A stretch of DNA of 63,999 bases, filler included, from Stramenopiles sp. TOSAG23-3 (Eukaryota): assembly GCA_900128585.1 (NCBI GenBank). It is 5 parts of 5 records of this genome, joined end to end, with 100 filler letters (N's around TTAATTAATTAA, not from the genome) between each part and the next. Parts side by side here need not be neighbours in the genome. Positions count along the whole stretch, not along the records: positions 31,136 to 46,577 come from LT642522.1; 4 more parts are not named here. The stretch is one strand, 5' to 3'. Shown here one piece after another: positions 31,136-40,664 of this stretch. Every line of letters begins with the position of its first letter. The first letter of the stretch is position 1. The position numbers were made by a program, and so were the translations under genes. Under the pieces are notes generated by a model that worked only from the letters and a program-made list of their open reading frames with translations, had not been told where the DNA came from and searched no databases.

Positions 31136-32263
31136 TTGTATATTAAAAGCGCTTATTGGGCACTAGCCACCATAACGACCGTTGGCTACGGCGACATTGT
31201 GCCTGAGTCCAACATGGAGCATGTGTGGGCCTGCACGGTGATGGTGGTAGGAAATATTCTTAGTGTGTTTATTTTAGGAACGTTGGCCGCTGGGCTCAGC
31301 GATTTAGCAGAAGAGCATTCTAAGTGTAGCAGCAAACTGGAGAAAGTCAGCCAGCACTTAATCAATTGCAACGCCCCAAAAATTTTACGCGAGCGGGTGC
31401 TTGCGTACTATACCACTCAATGGGAGGTATACGGGTCATGGGACCAGAACAAGGCAGTTACGGACGATTTGCCGGAAGAATTGAAAGCAGAAATAAGCAA
31501 ATGCCGGCACCGCAACATGTTAAGGAGGACTCCTTTGCTACTCTTTTCAGAACAAGTGGACCACGGAAACATGCTAAGTAGCATTTCCAAATCATTTAAG
31601 AGCTCCCTTCTGATTCCTGGCCAAGCCGTTTACAGCTATGGCGACTACGGGACAAGCACAGTCTTTATTCGACGCGGGCTTGTCCAGCGCTTGCATTTTC
31701 AGAACCACACTTTGCTGGGGCAACCGCTGACAGCAGGCGATTATTTTGGGGACGCTCACATTATAGCTTCCGAGTTTGTTCAAAAGCGATTAATAAAAGA
31801 GAGAAAGGAAGAGTGCGAGGCTCTCGGGGCTCAAAAGTGGAAATTGCTTGTACGGGGGTCATCCAAACGGATGTGTTCAATGATGGCAACTTCAGTGACT
31901 GAGGTGGAAACGATATCAAACGTTCAGCTACGGCGCGTCTGGGGAGAGTTTTCATCTTTGTACCCAATCATGAGCTATATTGCAGCCCAACGAAGGTTTC
32001 TTCTGATAACCGATTCTGATGATTTCAAAGAGAAATTTCAAATTGATCGTGAGCTGTTGAGGGAGATTAGCGGTGGAGACTATGTAAAGGTGAAGGAGGA
32101 CGGAAGCGGCAAAACAGTTTCGGGGGACGACACCTCGACGCAAGAAATTGTTCCTGGCTCCGTGATAACGTTGACTGTCCCCGAACCCATCATTACAGCT
32201 GGGAAAAAGCGATGGTCTACTGCAAAAGTTTTGATAAAAGAATCTGAAAAGAGTCTGAAGTGA
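31136..32263 (+). CDS. Cyclic-nucleotide-binding-domain K+ channel (EAG/HCN/CNG-like), C-terminal part; 5' truncated
   Basis: Pore YWALATITTVGYGDIVP, S6, C-linker (LRERVLAYY, LPEELKAEI) and CNBD (PGQAVYSYGD..GDYFGD). Begins at the contig edge. Confidence 0.92.
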   Translation: MYIKSAYWALATITTVGYGDIVPESNMEHVWACTVMVVGNILSVFILGTLAAGLSDLAEEHSKCSSKLEKVSQHLINCNAPKILRERVLAYYTTQWEVYGSWDQNKAVTDDLPEELKAEISKCRHRNMLRRTPLLLFSEQVDHGNMLSSISKSFKSSLLIPGQAVYSYGDYGTSTVFIRRGLVQRLHFQNHTLLGQPLTAGDYFGDAHIIASEFVQKRLIKERKEECEALGAQKWKLLVRGSSKRMCSMMATSVTEVETISNVQLRRVWGEFSSLYPIMSYIAAQRRFLLITDSDDFKEKFQIDRELLREISGGDYVKVKEDGSGKTVSGDDTSTQEIVPGSVITLTVPEPIITAGKKRWSTAKVLIKESEKSLK

Positions 32264-32513
32264 ACGTTACAAAGCTTGGTATTACGTTCTTTTGCGAATA
32301 CAGAAAATAAAGTCTCTATATCTACTACGTTATTATATACACTGCTGGAAATCTTGTTTTTAAAAAAAAAATTGTAAAGAAGTTGAAGAAGTTAATTTTT
32401 TCTACTCTTTTTCTTCTGTTTGTTTTGTTGCTCTAGATAATATGCAAATAATAATTTAACTAAATCTCTAAATATTAATAATTCAACATCGTATTATTTA
32501 ATAAAACAAAACA

Positions 32514-32600
32514 ATATTGTTCCTCTCACGGTTTATGTCGGGAAGAAATGAATATATATCTTCATTTTTTAACCGACATAAACCGTGAGAGGAACAATAT
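32514..32600. repeat. Perfect 28-bp inverted repeat (87-nt hairpin)
   Basis: atattgttcctctcacggtttatgtcgg (32514-32541) and its exact reverse complement (32573-32600), with a 31-nt spacer. Confidence 0.93.
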
Positions 32601-33217
32601 CATGTTAATCCATCTACGGTACAGGTATAATATATTACCAGGTACCAGGTACGGAACTGATTCAGATCAAAATGGAGGAGTGAGTACATCTGAGCATCTG
32701 AGAATGATAGGACTACGTAGTCAATGTAATACTAATAAGTGAATGACAAGGGTAGGTATAAGTTCGCAGTACATTAGACGACTAATTTTAATTACTTATT
32801 AAAATAGCAACCAATTTTCTTGTTTTAAAAAAAAATAATATGGACGACTATGGCGATGCGCGAGGAATGCACACTACTACTACTACGGTACTATCTTCTG
32901 ATTATAATTTAAATACGAAATATAGTAGTGTAGAATATTAAAAAAATTATTAGGCTAAAAAAATATTTTTTAAAAAAAAATAATAAAATTTCCACCCTCT
33001 CTTCTCATCATCATCTTCTCTCATTGAAGAAGAAGAAGAAGTTGATCGATCGTCATGAATATATTATTGTGTACTGTAATCTTATCTACATGTTTTATTT
33101 CCAACTCGTATGTATACTGAATACGATTTTTAAACAGTAAAGAATTGGCAGAGTCGAAGAGAATGACACAACGCCCATATTAAATTTAATTCTTTCAAGA
33201 GAGTACTTACATTTATA

Positions 33218-33871
33218 ATGGATCTGGTTTACAACCCAAAATACGATGCGCTCGTTAAGTTGCTGTTGATCGGCGACTCCAGTGTCGGCAAGTCCTCTTT
33301 GCTGGTGAGGTTTGCAGACGACAAGTTCAGTCCTGACTATATGTCAACGATTGGTATTGATTACAAAATTAAAACGTTTAATATTGGGGAGACGCGCGTT
33401 AAGATGGAGGTATGGGATACGGCAGGCCAGGAACGATTTAGAACTATTACCAAGGCGTATTATCGGGGGGCCATGGGCGTGTTGTTGGTGTATGACGTAA
33501 CTAGCGAAAAGTCGTTCAAACAAATACAAGGTTGGATCAACTTGATAAAGAAGCACGCAGAGAGTGACGTGTGCGTGCTGCTGGTGGCAAACAAATGTGA
33601 TGCTGTGGATTCTGCCAGGGCAATTTCAGAAACGAGGGTGAAGGCTTTTGCGACCGAAGTAGGACTGAAAACGATCGAAACAAGCGCCCTCAGCGGCCTC
33701 AACGTAGAAAAAACTTTTGAAATCATAGGGCAAGATGTCCTGGATAAGCTTGCAGAGAAGAAGAAAAAGGTAGGGGGTACTAATAGGACGGTGTCTTTAG
33801 GTAACAACGGAAAACTAGACGATGGAAGAGCTGAAGAAAGGGGCAGTGGCCCAAGCTGTTGCAACAAATGA
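33218..33871 (+). CDS. RAB8: Rab GTPase, Rab8/Sec4 group
   Basis: GDSSVGKS, STIGIDYKIK, WDTAGQERFRTITKAYYRGAMG, NKCD, ETSA and a C-terminal CCNK prenylation motif. Confidence 0.9.
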   Translation: MDLVYNPKYDALVKLLLIGDSSVGKSSLLVRFADDKFSPDYMSTIGIDYKIKTFNIGETRVKMEVWDTAGQERFRTITKAYYRGAMGVLLVYDVTSEKSFKQIQGWINLIKKHAESDVCVLLVANKCDAVDSARAISETRVKAFATEVGLKTIETSALSGLNVEKTFEIIGQDVLDKLAEKKKKVGGTNRTVSLGNNGKLDDGRAEERGSGPSCCNK

Positions 33872-34237
33872 ATGAAAGCCACTTTTTCATTTGTTATAAA
33901 AACACGATCAAAACGCTGTTAATGAATAAAGGGGAAGTGCCGCCCTCAGCACAGTTTCCCCCTATTTAATTAATCTCTGTTAATTTTAGAAGAGAGAAGC
34001 ATTTCACATCAAAGTTTTAATTAGTGCATTATTTTGTGTAAGTAATTTTTAGTGTGTGTGGTACGTTTTTTTGGCAGCTTTTAAAAATTTGAGAATTTGT
34101 GTCGAGTGTCAAGAATCGTTGACTTTGATACGCATCAGTTCGTACTTTGTACTTAGTAATTTGTAAGAATTAGGATAAATGGTAAATCGTAGAAAAGTAC
34201 ATTTGTCCCGCGCACTGTGCACTCACTCACTTCGGTT

Positions 34238-35155
34238 TCACCAAGAGACACTGTCTTGCCTTTTTTCTGCTATGCTCTGAAGCCACTGGGTCTCCCGCCT
34301 CTTCTTTTCCTCTGCCTGCTCCAACGTCAACAGCTCTTCGCGTTCTTGCAGTTTTGCTGTGCGCATGGTAATGGATAATCTATACTTTCGATTGATTTTC
34401 GTTGACGACTGGCAGATGCCACTTGCTTCCACATCCTCGCTCTCTAAATTGCAAATTTTACTGTTGGTTCCTCCGATATTATCGAATTCCCTCGTTGATA
34501 TACCATGCCATAGTTCTGTGTACGCCTTTCCTTCAAAAACAAGTAGGCTTCTTGGCATTAAAAGCACACTTTCCAACACTTTATCCGCCAAACTATGTTT
34601 CCCCGCACCTTCCTTCGAGTCCTTCCCCTCAACAACATCTTTCAAAAAGTCGATCACAATCGGCGACACCAGAGATAATATAGCTGCTTTTGGGTAGTAA
34701 AGTTCGCCGTCTTTGTGCGGTGCAATCCCCTTCGTTCCGGTATATTCGTTCAGTAGAATATGGTTGGGAAAATTATGTTCCCCTTCAAATATCTCGTTTG
34801 TGACTAAACTTCCCATCAATGAATTCAAAAACGGTGGTAGAGACTCTCTTAGCATACCGTTGGGGTGAGGGACGCCGCCCCAGTTTTGCAATCTTCTTTG
34901 GGTTAGGCTTACCCATGGTTTCGATTTTTCACTTCGTTTTATATCATCAAGTATCTCACGCTCATCATCACTATTAATGTAATTTGGAATGTAATAAAGT
35001 TTCTCTAATGTTCCTACTCGGTAACTTTCTAAGCCACCTATTACTCTCAGCTTCGGTTGGTGTTTCGCATTGTTTGGGGGTGTCACTTTCCGCTGGTTTG
35101 AAAGTTTGTCGCGCTCCTGTTTCAATAGCGCCTGAAAATCGATCGACGTTGCCAT
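34238..35155 (-). CDS. ALKBH6: AlkB-family 2OG-Fe(II) dioxygenase, ALKBH6-like
   Basis: YYIPNYI, RRLQNWGGVPHP, PNHILLNEY, GIAPHKDG, PRSLLVF, LWHGI, RLSITMR. Confidence 0.9.
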   Translation of the reverse strand: MATSIDFQALLKQERDKLSNQRKVTPPNNAKHQPKLRVIGGLESYRVGTLEKLYYIPNYINSDDEREILDDIKRSEKSKPWVSLTQRRLQNWGGVPHPNGMLRESLPPFLNSLMGSLVTNEIFEGEHNFPNHILLNEYTGTKGIAPHKDGELYYPKAAILSLVSPIVIDFLKDVVEGKDSKEGAGKHSLADKVLESVLLMPRSLLVFEGKAYTELWHGISTREFDNIGGTNSKICNLESEDVEASGICQSSTKINRKYRLSITMRTAKLQEREELLTLEQAEEKKRRETQWLQSIAEKRQDSVSW

Positions 35156-35608
35156 AAGTGAATCAACCGCCTTATAATTTAACACTATCGTTGACTAAAC
35201 GGTTTTTTTACAGCTTCTCGCACAGTTTTCCTGTCGATTTTTGTTGTATCAATAATAATAATAATAATAGGAATTCAATAAAAAAAGTTGCATGAAATAA
35301 TCGATTATTGGTCGTCGAGCGAGAGAAATAATAATATAAAAATATAAAAATTATTTTATGCTGATGCTATGAGCTATATGTGAGCAAGAAGAAAAGGAGC
35401 GGATTTATTAGTAATTATTAATAAACTCAACTACAAACTACAGGCCCAAAACCAAGGAACCATCGGTAGAAGATATAGAGAATAGGAGATGATATAATAA
35501 TTAATATTATTTATTATATTAGTTATTTTTTATATTTATTTTATTAATATTATGATTTAAAATGACGTGAGATGTTTGAACGTTCAAATAAATGAAATGC
35601 ACTTCAAA

Positions 35609-36506
35609 TCACTGTTTTTTTCTCCAAAGAACTTTGAGCTGCGTTTTGGTATTCCTGCGAGGAAGCCCCGTACTGTTTTCTGATAGAACGCAAGTCATCC
35701 AAACCGCCGTTTGCTCCCTTTTGTGGAGCAGGGACAACACTCGCGTTACGCAAACTACCTCCTTTGGCCGCTTCTTGCGCCAATTTTGCATTAATATCAA
35801 TGCTTACCTGGCTTCTTCTGCGCTTTTGATTGCTTGCTCTGCCTTTAGCCTCGCGTCTTCTGCATTCTTTCTCGCCTGTTCAAATTATATAGTATGCATA
35901 ATTTGTTTTTTTAGAAAATGTGCAGTTACATATTTCTATCATGCGTCCTATTTTTTGTTGGCACCAAGCCATTATCATTACCGTACCTTTTTAAACCCAC
36001 CCCAATTCTTCATACGCAGGTTTGTCGCTCGTTACTGCTCTAGTGCCATCTTGATTTTGTACAGGATCATATCTTTTGTCATCATTTTTCGTAGAATTGT
36101 GATCATCTGTTAACGAAAAAGAAATGTGGGTGGACAAATCTGTAATGGTGCCACCGTTTATCCCAACAAGAACATTGCAGGGCCGCATAGAACTCTCTTG
36201 GCTATTGACGAGAGATTCTAGAGTGTGTTCAAAGCTTTTAATGATACAGAGAAGCTCACAATTGTTGCGGTATGATTTCTGCAGCTCCCCAGCCGCATGC
36301 TGCGCTACTATTTCCAGATCCCTAATTTTATCTTGTCGTTGCTGTATATGTTTCTGGAGGATATTGTTTGTGTTCATTAAAGCGTCGACAATATCACCAG
36401 CTGAATTGTTGTCCACTAATATCTCCGCAGCTGAGGACACGGTTGTATCCTTCACTTCTCCATCTAATTTATTATCAGTTTGTCTCTTTTGGATTAGCGC
36501 ATGCAT
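35609..36506 (-). CDS. Fragmented coiled-coil gene (spliced and/or decayed), structure unresolved
   Basis: ORF 35991-36506, then a putative 111-nt GT-AG intron (35986-35876), then a downstream open frame ending ..QEYQNAAQSSLEKKQ* at 35609. The frames do not join cleanly. Confidence 0.4.
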
Positions 36507-37772
36507 CCAAAACGTTTGCCCAAAAATATTCTATGTGTTATCTTGAAGTTCACCAACTTTAAAAAAAGCCTTGCGCATGCACTTGTTTTCTAAGTATGGA
36601 AACTACCTGTGACAAAAGATATTAAAAACGCGGGAAAATAACCATTAGTTAATCAAAATTCCTTTTTTAAAAGCCTTTGTTTGCATCTCTTTAACGGAGG
36701 TACTATATATTTTGTATTCATTTTATTGATTATAACAAAAGAAACAAAGAAGAGAAGAAGTGAGTAATTTAACCGAACCTGTACCTGGATTAACCTCCAG
36801 GTACGACGGTACCCAATAATAATAGTGTCTAATCCTCGTAATTAATAAAACAACAAAATATACGTAGAACATGCATATCCCATATTTTATATTCTAGTGT
36901 TTCTCAAATTAATTTTTGTACATTAATGTCAATTTTATTGTTTCAAATTTTGTATTATTAATACATTGTATATCTATATATAATCTCTTTTTTTTAGAGA
37001 AAGTGTCCCGTCTCTTCCTTCTCCCGTCCCGTCTCCCGTCCCTTTGGAAATTTAATAAATAAGGTAGATGTTTGATATGTGAAACTTCTAAATTTAAAGA
37101 ATAGACAATAGAGATCAATTTTTAGCCAAAAACAAATTAATATTTCCTTTTGGAAATTTGCCCTTAATTTACTATGAGCCACGAAACAATTTGTCCGTTT
37201 CCATATCTAGACTTCGTATTTATCTACTCGTAGAATCTAGAACGACAACCTCTATATATTGTACATTCCTAAGCTATTGCCGGTATAGGATATAAAATAG
37301 GAGGGAGTTGTTTTATCTTTTATTATATCGTTACGTTTCATCCGAGTCCAATAATTCTTAGAATATAACCACAGGATCATAGCATTGTCATACTTGCATA
37401 TTTTCATCTCAAAAATATTCCCAACAATTATTATGTTTTTATTTAATATTATTATTGTATCAACCGACACAAAAGCATCTTTTGTCGTAAAACAAATGTA
37501 TGATATTGTGATGGTGTGTGACTATTACTCATCTACTCATCCTCCTCGTAAATAATAATAATATAAAAAGAAGAGAGCGTGCTGTAAATCTAATATGTAT
37601 ATATATTATACTATGGAGGAACCCAACATGCATTCGTTGTCATGGTTCGAAAATTCTAGTTCTGTTTAGAAACCCCCACCGTTACAGTTATTAGAATCGA
37701 TACGCACTTGGGAATAATAGGTTTATCTATCACACGAAAAGTACAGCGTATTCATTCACAATTACTACCATC

Positions 37773-39929
37773 ATGACTTTAACCAAGAACAAGAAGATCA
37801 TACGTGCAGCAAGGGCGAAGGCCAGGTTGCACCTTCGTGGGGCGCTTTGTGTCGCCGTCGTGATCATTGGTTCCTTGTACGTTGCCAGTGAGACCCTCTC
37901 TGCATCCCCAAGGAGTACAATTGCTTCAGAAGTGCGACGACTAAGTAACGCCACCGCCGAAGAACTTTGCCAGCCGAGTGGACGGAAGAAGGGAACGGAA
38001 GGATGCAACGACTTCTCCGGTTACCCCCCGTTTACAACCGACGGAAAGCCAATGAGCGTAAACCCCTACATCAACGGCGGTATGTTGGTCTACATCATTG
38101 GGACCATTTACACCTTTATGGGTCTTGCCGTTGTTTGCGACGAATACTTTGTTCCCGCCCTGGAAGCAATCATTGAAAAATATGAGATCAACGATGACGT
38201 AGCCGGTGCAACGCTGATGGCTGCAGGCGGGTCTGCGCCAGAGTTGGCTACATCACTGATTGGGACGTTCGTAGCGAAAAGCAACGTTGGGTTTGGAACA
38301 ATCGTGGGATCTGCGGTATTTAATGTTCTTTTTGTAATCGGCTGCTGTGCTGTTTTTTCAAAGGACATATTAACGCTTACTTGGTGGCCGCTGTTCCGAG
38401 ATTCTCTGTACTACGTGTTGGGCCTCCTAATGCTGTACATTTTCTTCCAGGCTTCGTCCCCGAACATTATCGAGACATGGGAGGCACTTGTGCTGTTTGG
38501 TCTGTACTGGGGGTACGTTGCTGTCATGGCAAATAACCAAGGCATGAAAAAGAAAGTGTCCAAAATGCTCTCAAAGCAAAAGGCTGAAACAGCACCATTG
38601 TCGCCAGCCGATTCGTCGGAGAAGTACGTGAAAGCAGAGAATGGTGCAGCTCCGAAGCCAGGGGCACCGGCGAAAGCCAAAGCAGTGGAAAAACAAGTTT
38701 CGAATATTTTTCTGCGCCCATCTCACTTTCGTGTAGGGGTCTTTCATTTGGTGATGAAAGAAGATGACCCGCACGAACAACTGCGACAAGGCGTCGTCCA
38801 AAGGGTTGTTGGCGATGTGATGGAGACATTTAAGCAAATTGACGATGACAACAATGGATACATTGACGCAGAAGAATTTTCTATTTTGATCAACCAGCTA
38901 ACGAGTAACGATGTGACCTTGGAAATGGCGAAAGAGCAAGCCGCACAGACAATCAAGGAAATCGATACAGACGGAGACGGCCATATCGACTTTGAAGAAT
39001 TCAAAGCATGGTACCTACAAAGTGAAACGAGAGTTATCACCGACGTACACAATGCATTTAATGCATTGGACGAGACCCACAACGGGATGATTGAAATGAA
39101 AGACCTGCGAAAGGTAGTGGATCAAATGGGTATGTCTGAATTTTTGGATGACAACCAAATAGTTGAAGCGCTAACTTATTTCAAAAACAAAGAAGATCCT
39201 GAACACCCGAACAAAATTACCTTTGACAACTTTCGAGAATGGTACAAAAAAAGTATGCTGTGGGAGAAACAGGTCGAAATGGGACACGAAGATGCGGATC
39301 GAGAAGAGGACGGGGATCCAATCGAATTGGAGTGGCCGAGCACTTTCAAGGGGCGCTTGAACTTCATCATCTGGGCCCCCATTATGGTGCCGTTATACTT
39401 CACTATCCCCGACTGTCGCGCCGAAAAATTCAAAACGTATTTCCCTGCAACTTTTGTCTTAGCAATAACCTGGGTTGCTATATACAGTTACCTTATGGTG
39501 TGGTGGGTAACGGTAATCGGTGACGTTATTCAAGTCCCCATTGTCATTATGGGGTTGACATTCTTGGCAGCGGGGACCAGTGTTCCGGACCTGCTAACCT
39601 CGGTTATTGTAGCACGTCAAGGGCACGGTGACATGGCGGTATCTAGTAGTATTGGAAGCAACATATTCGATATTCTTGTTGGCTTACCAGTGCCGTGGCT
39701 ACTTTATTGCTTAATCAATGGCGGTCAAATTGATGTCGGCGGTGGAAATGTAAGAACGGAGTTTTTCTACAGTGTTGGCTTCAGTTTAGTCCTGCTCATA
39801 TTAATGTTGATATCGGTGATTGTCACGATCGCGATGTCAGGTTGGAGAATGACAAAGGGGCTGGGCTACAGTATGTTTGGACTGTACCTTTGCTTTGTTG
39901 TTATTGAAATTATCAGAGCATACACTTAA
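37773..39929 (+). CDS. K+-dependent Na+/Ca2+ exchanger (NCKX) with EF-hands in the central loop
   Basis: Alpha-1 repeat GATLMAAGGSAPEL..GTIVGSAVFN and alpha-2 repeat LAAGTSVPD..SSSIGSNIFDIL. EF-hands DDDNNGYIDAEEF, DTDGDGHIDFEEF and DETHNGMIEMKDL. Confidence 0.94.
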   Translation: MTLTKNKKIIRAARAKARLHLRGALCVAVVIIGSLYVASETLSASPRSTIASEVRRLSNATAEELCQPSGRKKGTEGCNDFSGYPPFTTDGKPMSVNPYINGGMLVYIIGTIYTFMGLAVVCDEYFVPALEAIIEKYEINDDVAGATLMAAGGSAPELATSLIGTFVAKSNVGFGTIVGSAVFNVLFVIGCCAVFSKDILTLTWWPLFRDSLYYVLGLLMLYIFFQASSPNIIETWEALVLFGLYWGYVAVMANNQGMKKKVSKMLSKQKAETAPLSPADSSEKYVKAENGAAPKPGAPAKAKAVEKQVSNIFLRPSHFRVGVFHLVMKEDDPHEQLRQGVVQRVVGDVMETFKQIDDDNNGYIDAEEFSILINQLTSNDVTLEMAKEQAAQTIKEIDTDGDGHIDFEEFKAWYLQSETRVITDVHNAFNALDETHNGMIEMKDLRKVVDQMGMSEFLDDNQIVEALTYFKNKEDPEHPNKITFDNFREWYKKSMLWEKQVEMGHEDADREEDGDPIELEWPSTFKGRLNFIIWAPIMVPLYFTIPDCRAEKFKTYFPATFVLAITWVAIYSYLMVWWVTVIGDVIQVPIVIMGLTFLAAGTSVPDLLTSVIVARQGHGDMAVSSSIGSNIFDILVGLPVPWLLYCLINGGQIDVGGGNVRTEFFYSVGFSLVLLILMLISVIVTIAMSGWRMTKGLGYSMFGLYLCFVVIEIIRAYT

Positions 39930-40132
39930 AATTCGATCTCCAGATCTCCAGGCGGCCCAATCCTAGTTAATAAAAATACCGAAACTCAATGTGCAAATCG
40001 CTAATGTTTTGGAAATTTACAAGAGCACCAAAATGCCTGCTCGCCTCTAAAAAATATTTAATAAGAAAAACCAAAAGATATACACAAACTTTAGGATTAA
40101 TATCATATCTCTAATAAAAAAAAACTAATGAT

Positions 40133-40284
40133 ATAGTATGTTTTAAGACTCTCACAAGATTATCCCAATTGATAATAATAAAATAACGAAACGAAACTAA
40201 AAATCAAATTAAAAAATCAAGATAGGATTAGGGTTGGATTTGAAGTAGTAATTGATTTAAAATGAGAGTCTTAAAACATACTAT
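40133..40284 (+). mobile_element. MITE-like non-autonomous element with perfect 22-bp terminal inverted repeats
   Basis: atagtatgttttaagactctca (40133-40154) / tgagagtcttaaaacatactat (40263-40284). Non-coding AT-rich interior; three partial copies elsewhere in the window. Confidence 0.75.
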
Positions 40285-40293
40285 TAAGATATA

Positions 40294-40362
40294 TAAAAAC
40301 AAGAAAATTGGCTGTATATATATAATTTGTTTTTTAAATAACAGCCAATTTTCTTGTTTTTA
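40294..40362. repeat. Second perfect 22-bp inverted repeat (taaaaacaagaaaattggctgt)
   Basis: Arms at 40294-40315 and 40341-40362 with a 25-nt spacer. Single-arm variants at about 7363-7385 and 32809-32828. Confidence 0.85.
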
Positions 40363-40664
40363 AAAGACAAATATAGTGATGCAGAAGAAGAAACGTACGA
40401 ATAACAACACTCACGCGCAAATAAGTTTTAATTTTCATGATATTGATAGTCAATACTAAGTGACAAGGGTATTATATTGTTTAGTTAAATTACAGGAGCA
40501 GAGATAAGTTCGCAGTACATGAAGGAACGTAACCTTTAATGGACAAAAGGAGCAGATTCATTTTCGCGGTGTACATGAGGAAGATAAATTTTAATTCCTT
40601 AATAAATGATAGCCCATTTTTTGTTTTTAATTTTCATAAAAGAGTTAACCTCTTTTAGAGCTCT

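Noticed and set aside
36781..36805. 9-bp inverted repeat gtacctgga/tccaggtac
   Set aside because: Too short to support a call on its own.
40226..40240. TTAGGG/CCCTAA as telomeric repeat
   Set aside because: Single hexamers inside the MITE-like element, not tandem.
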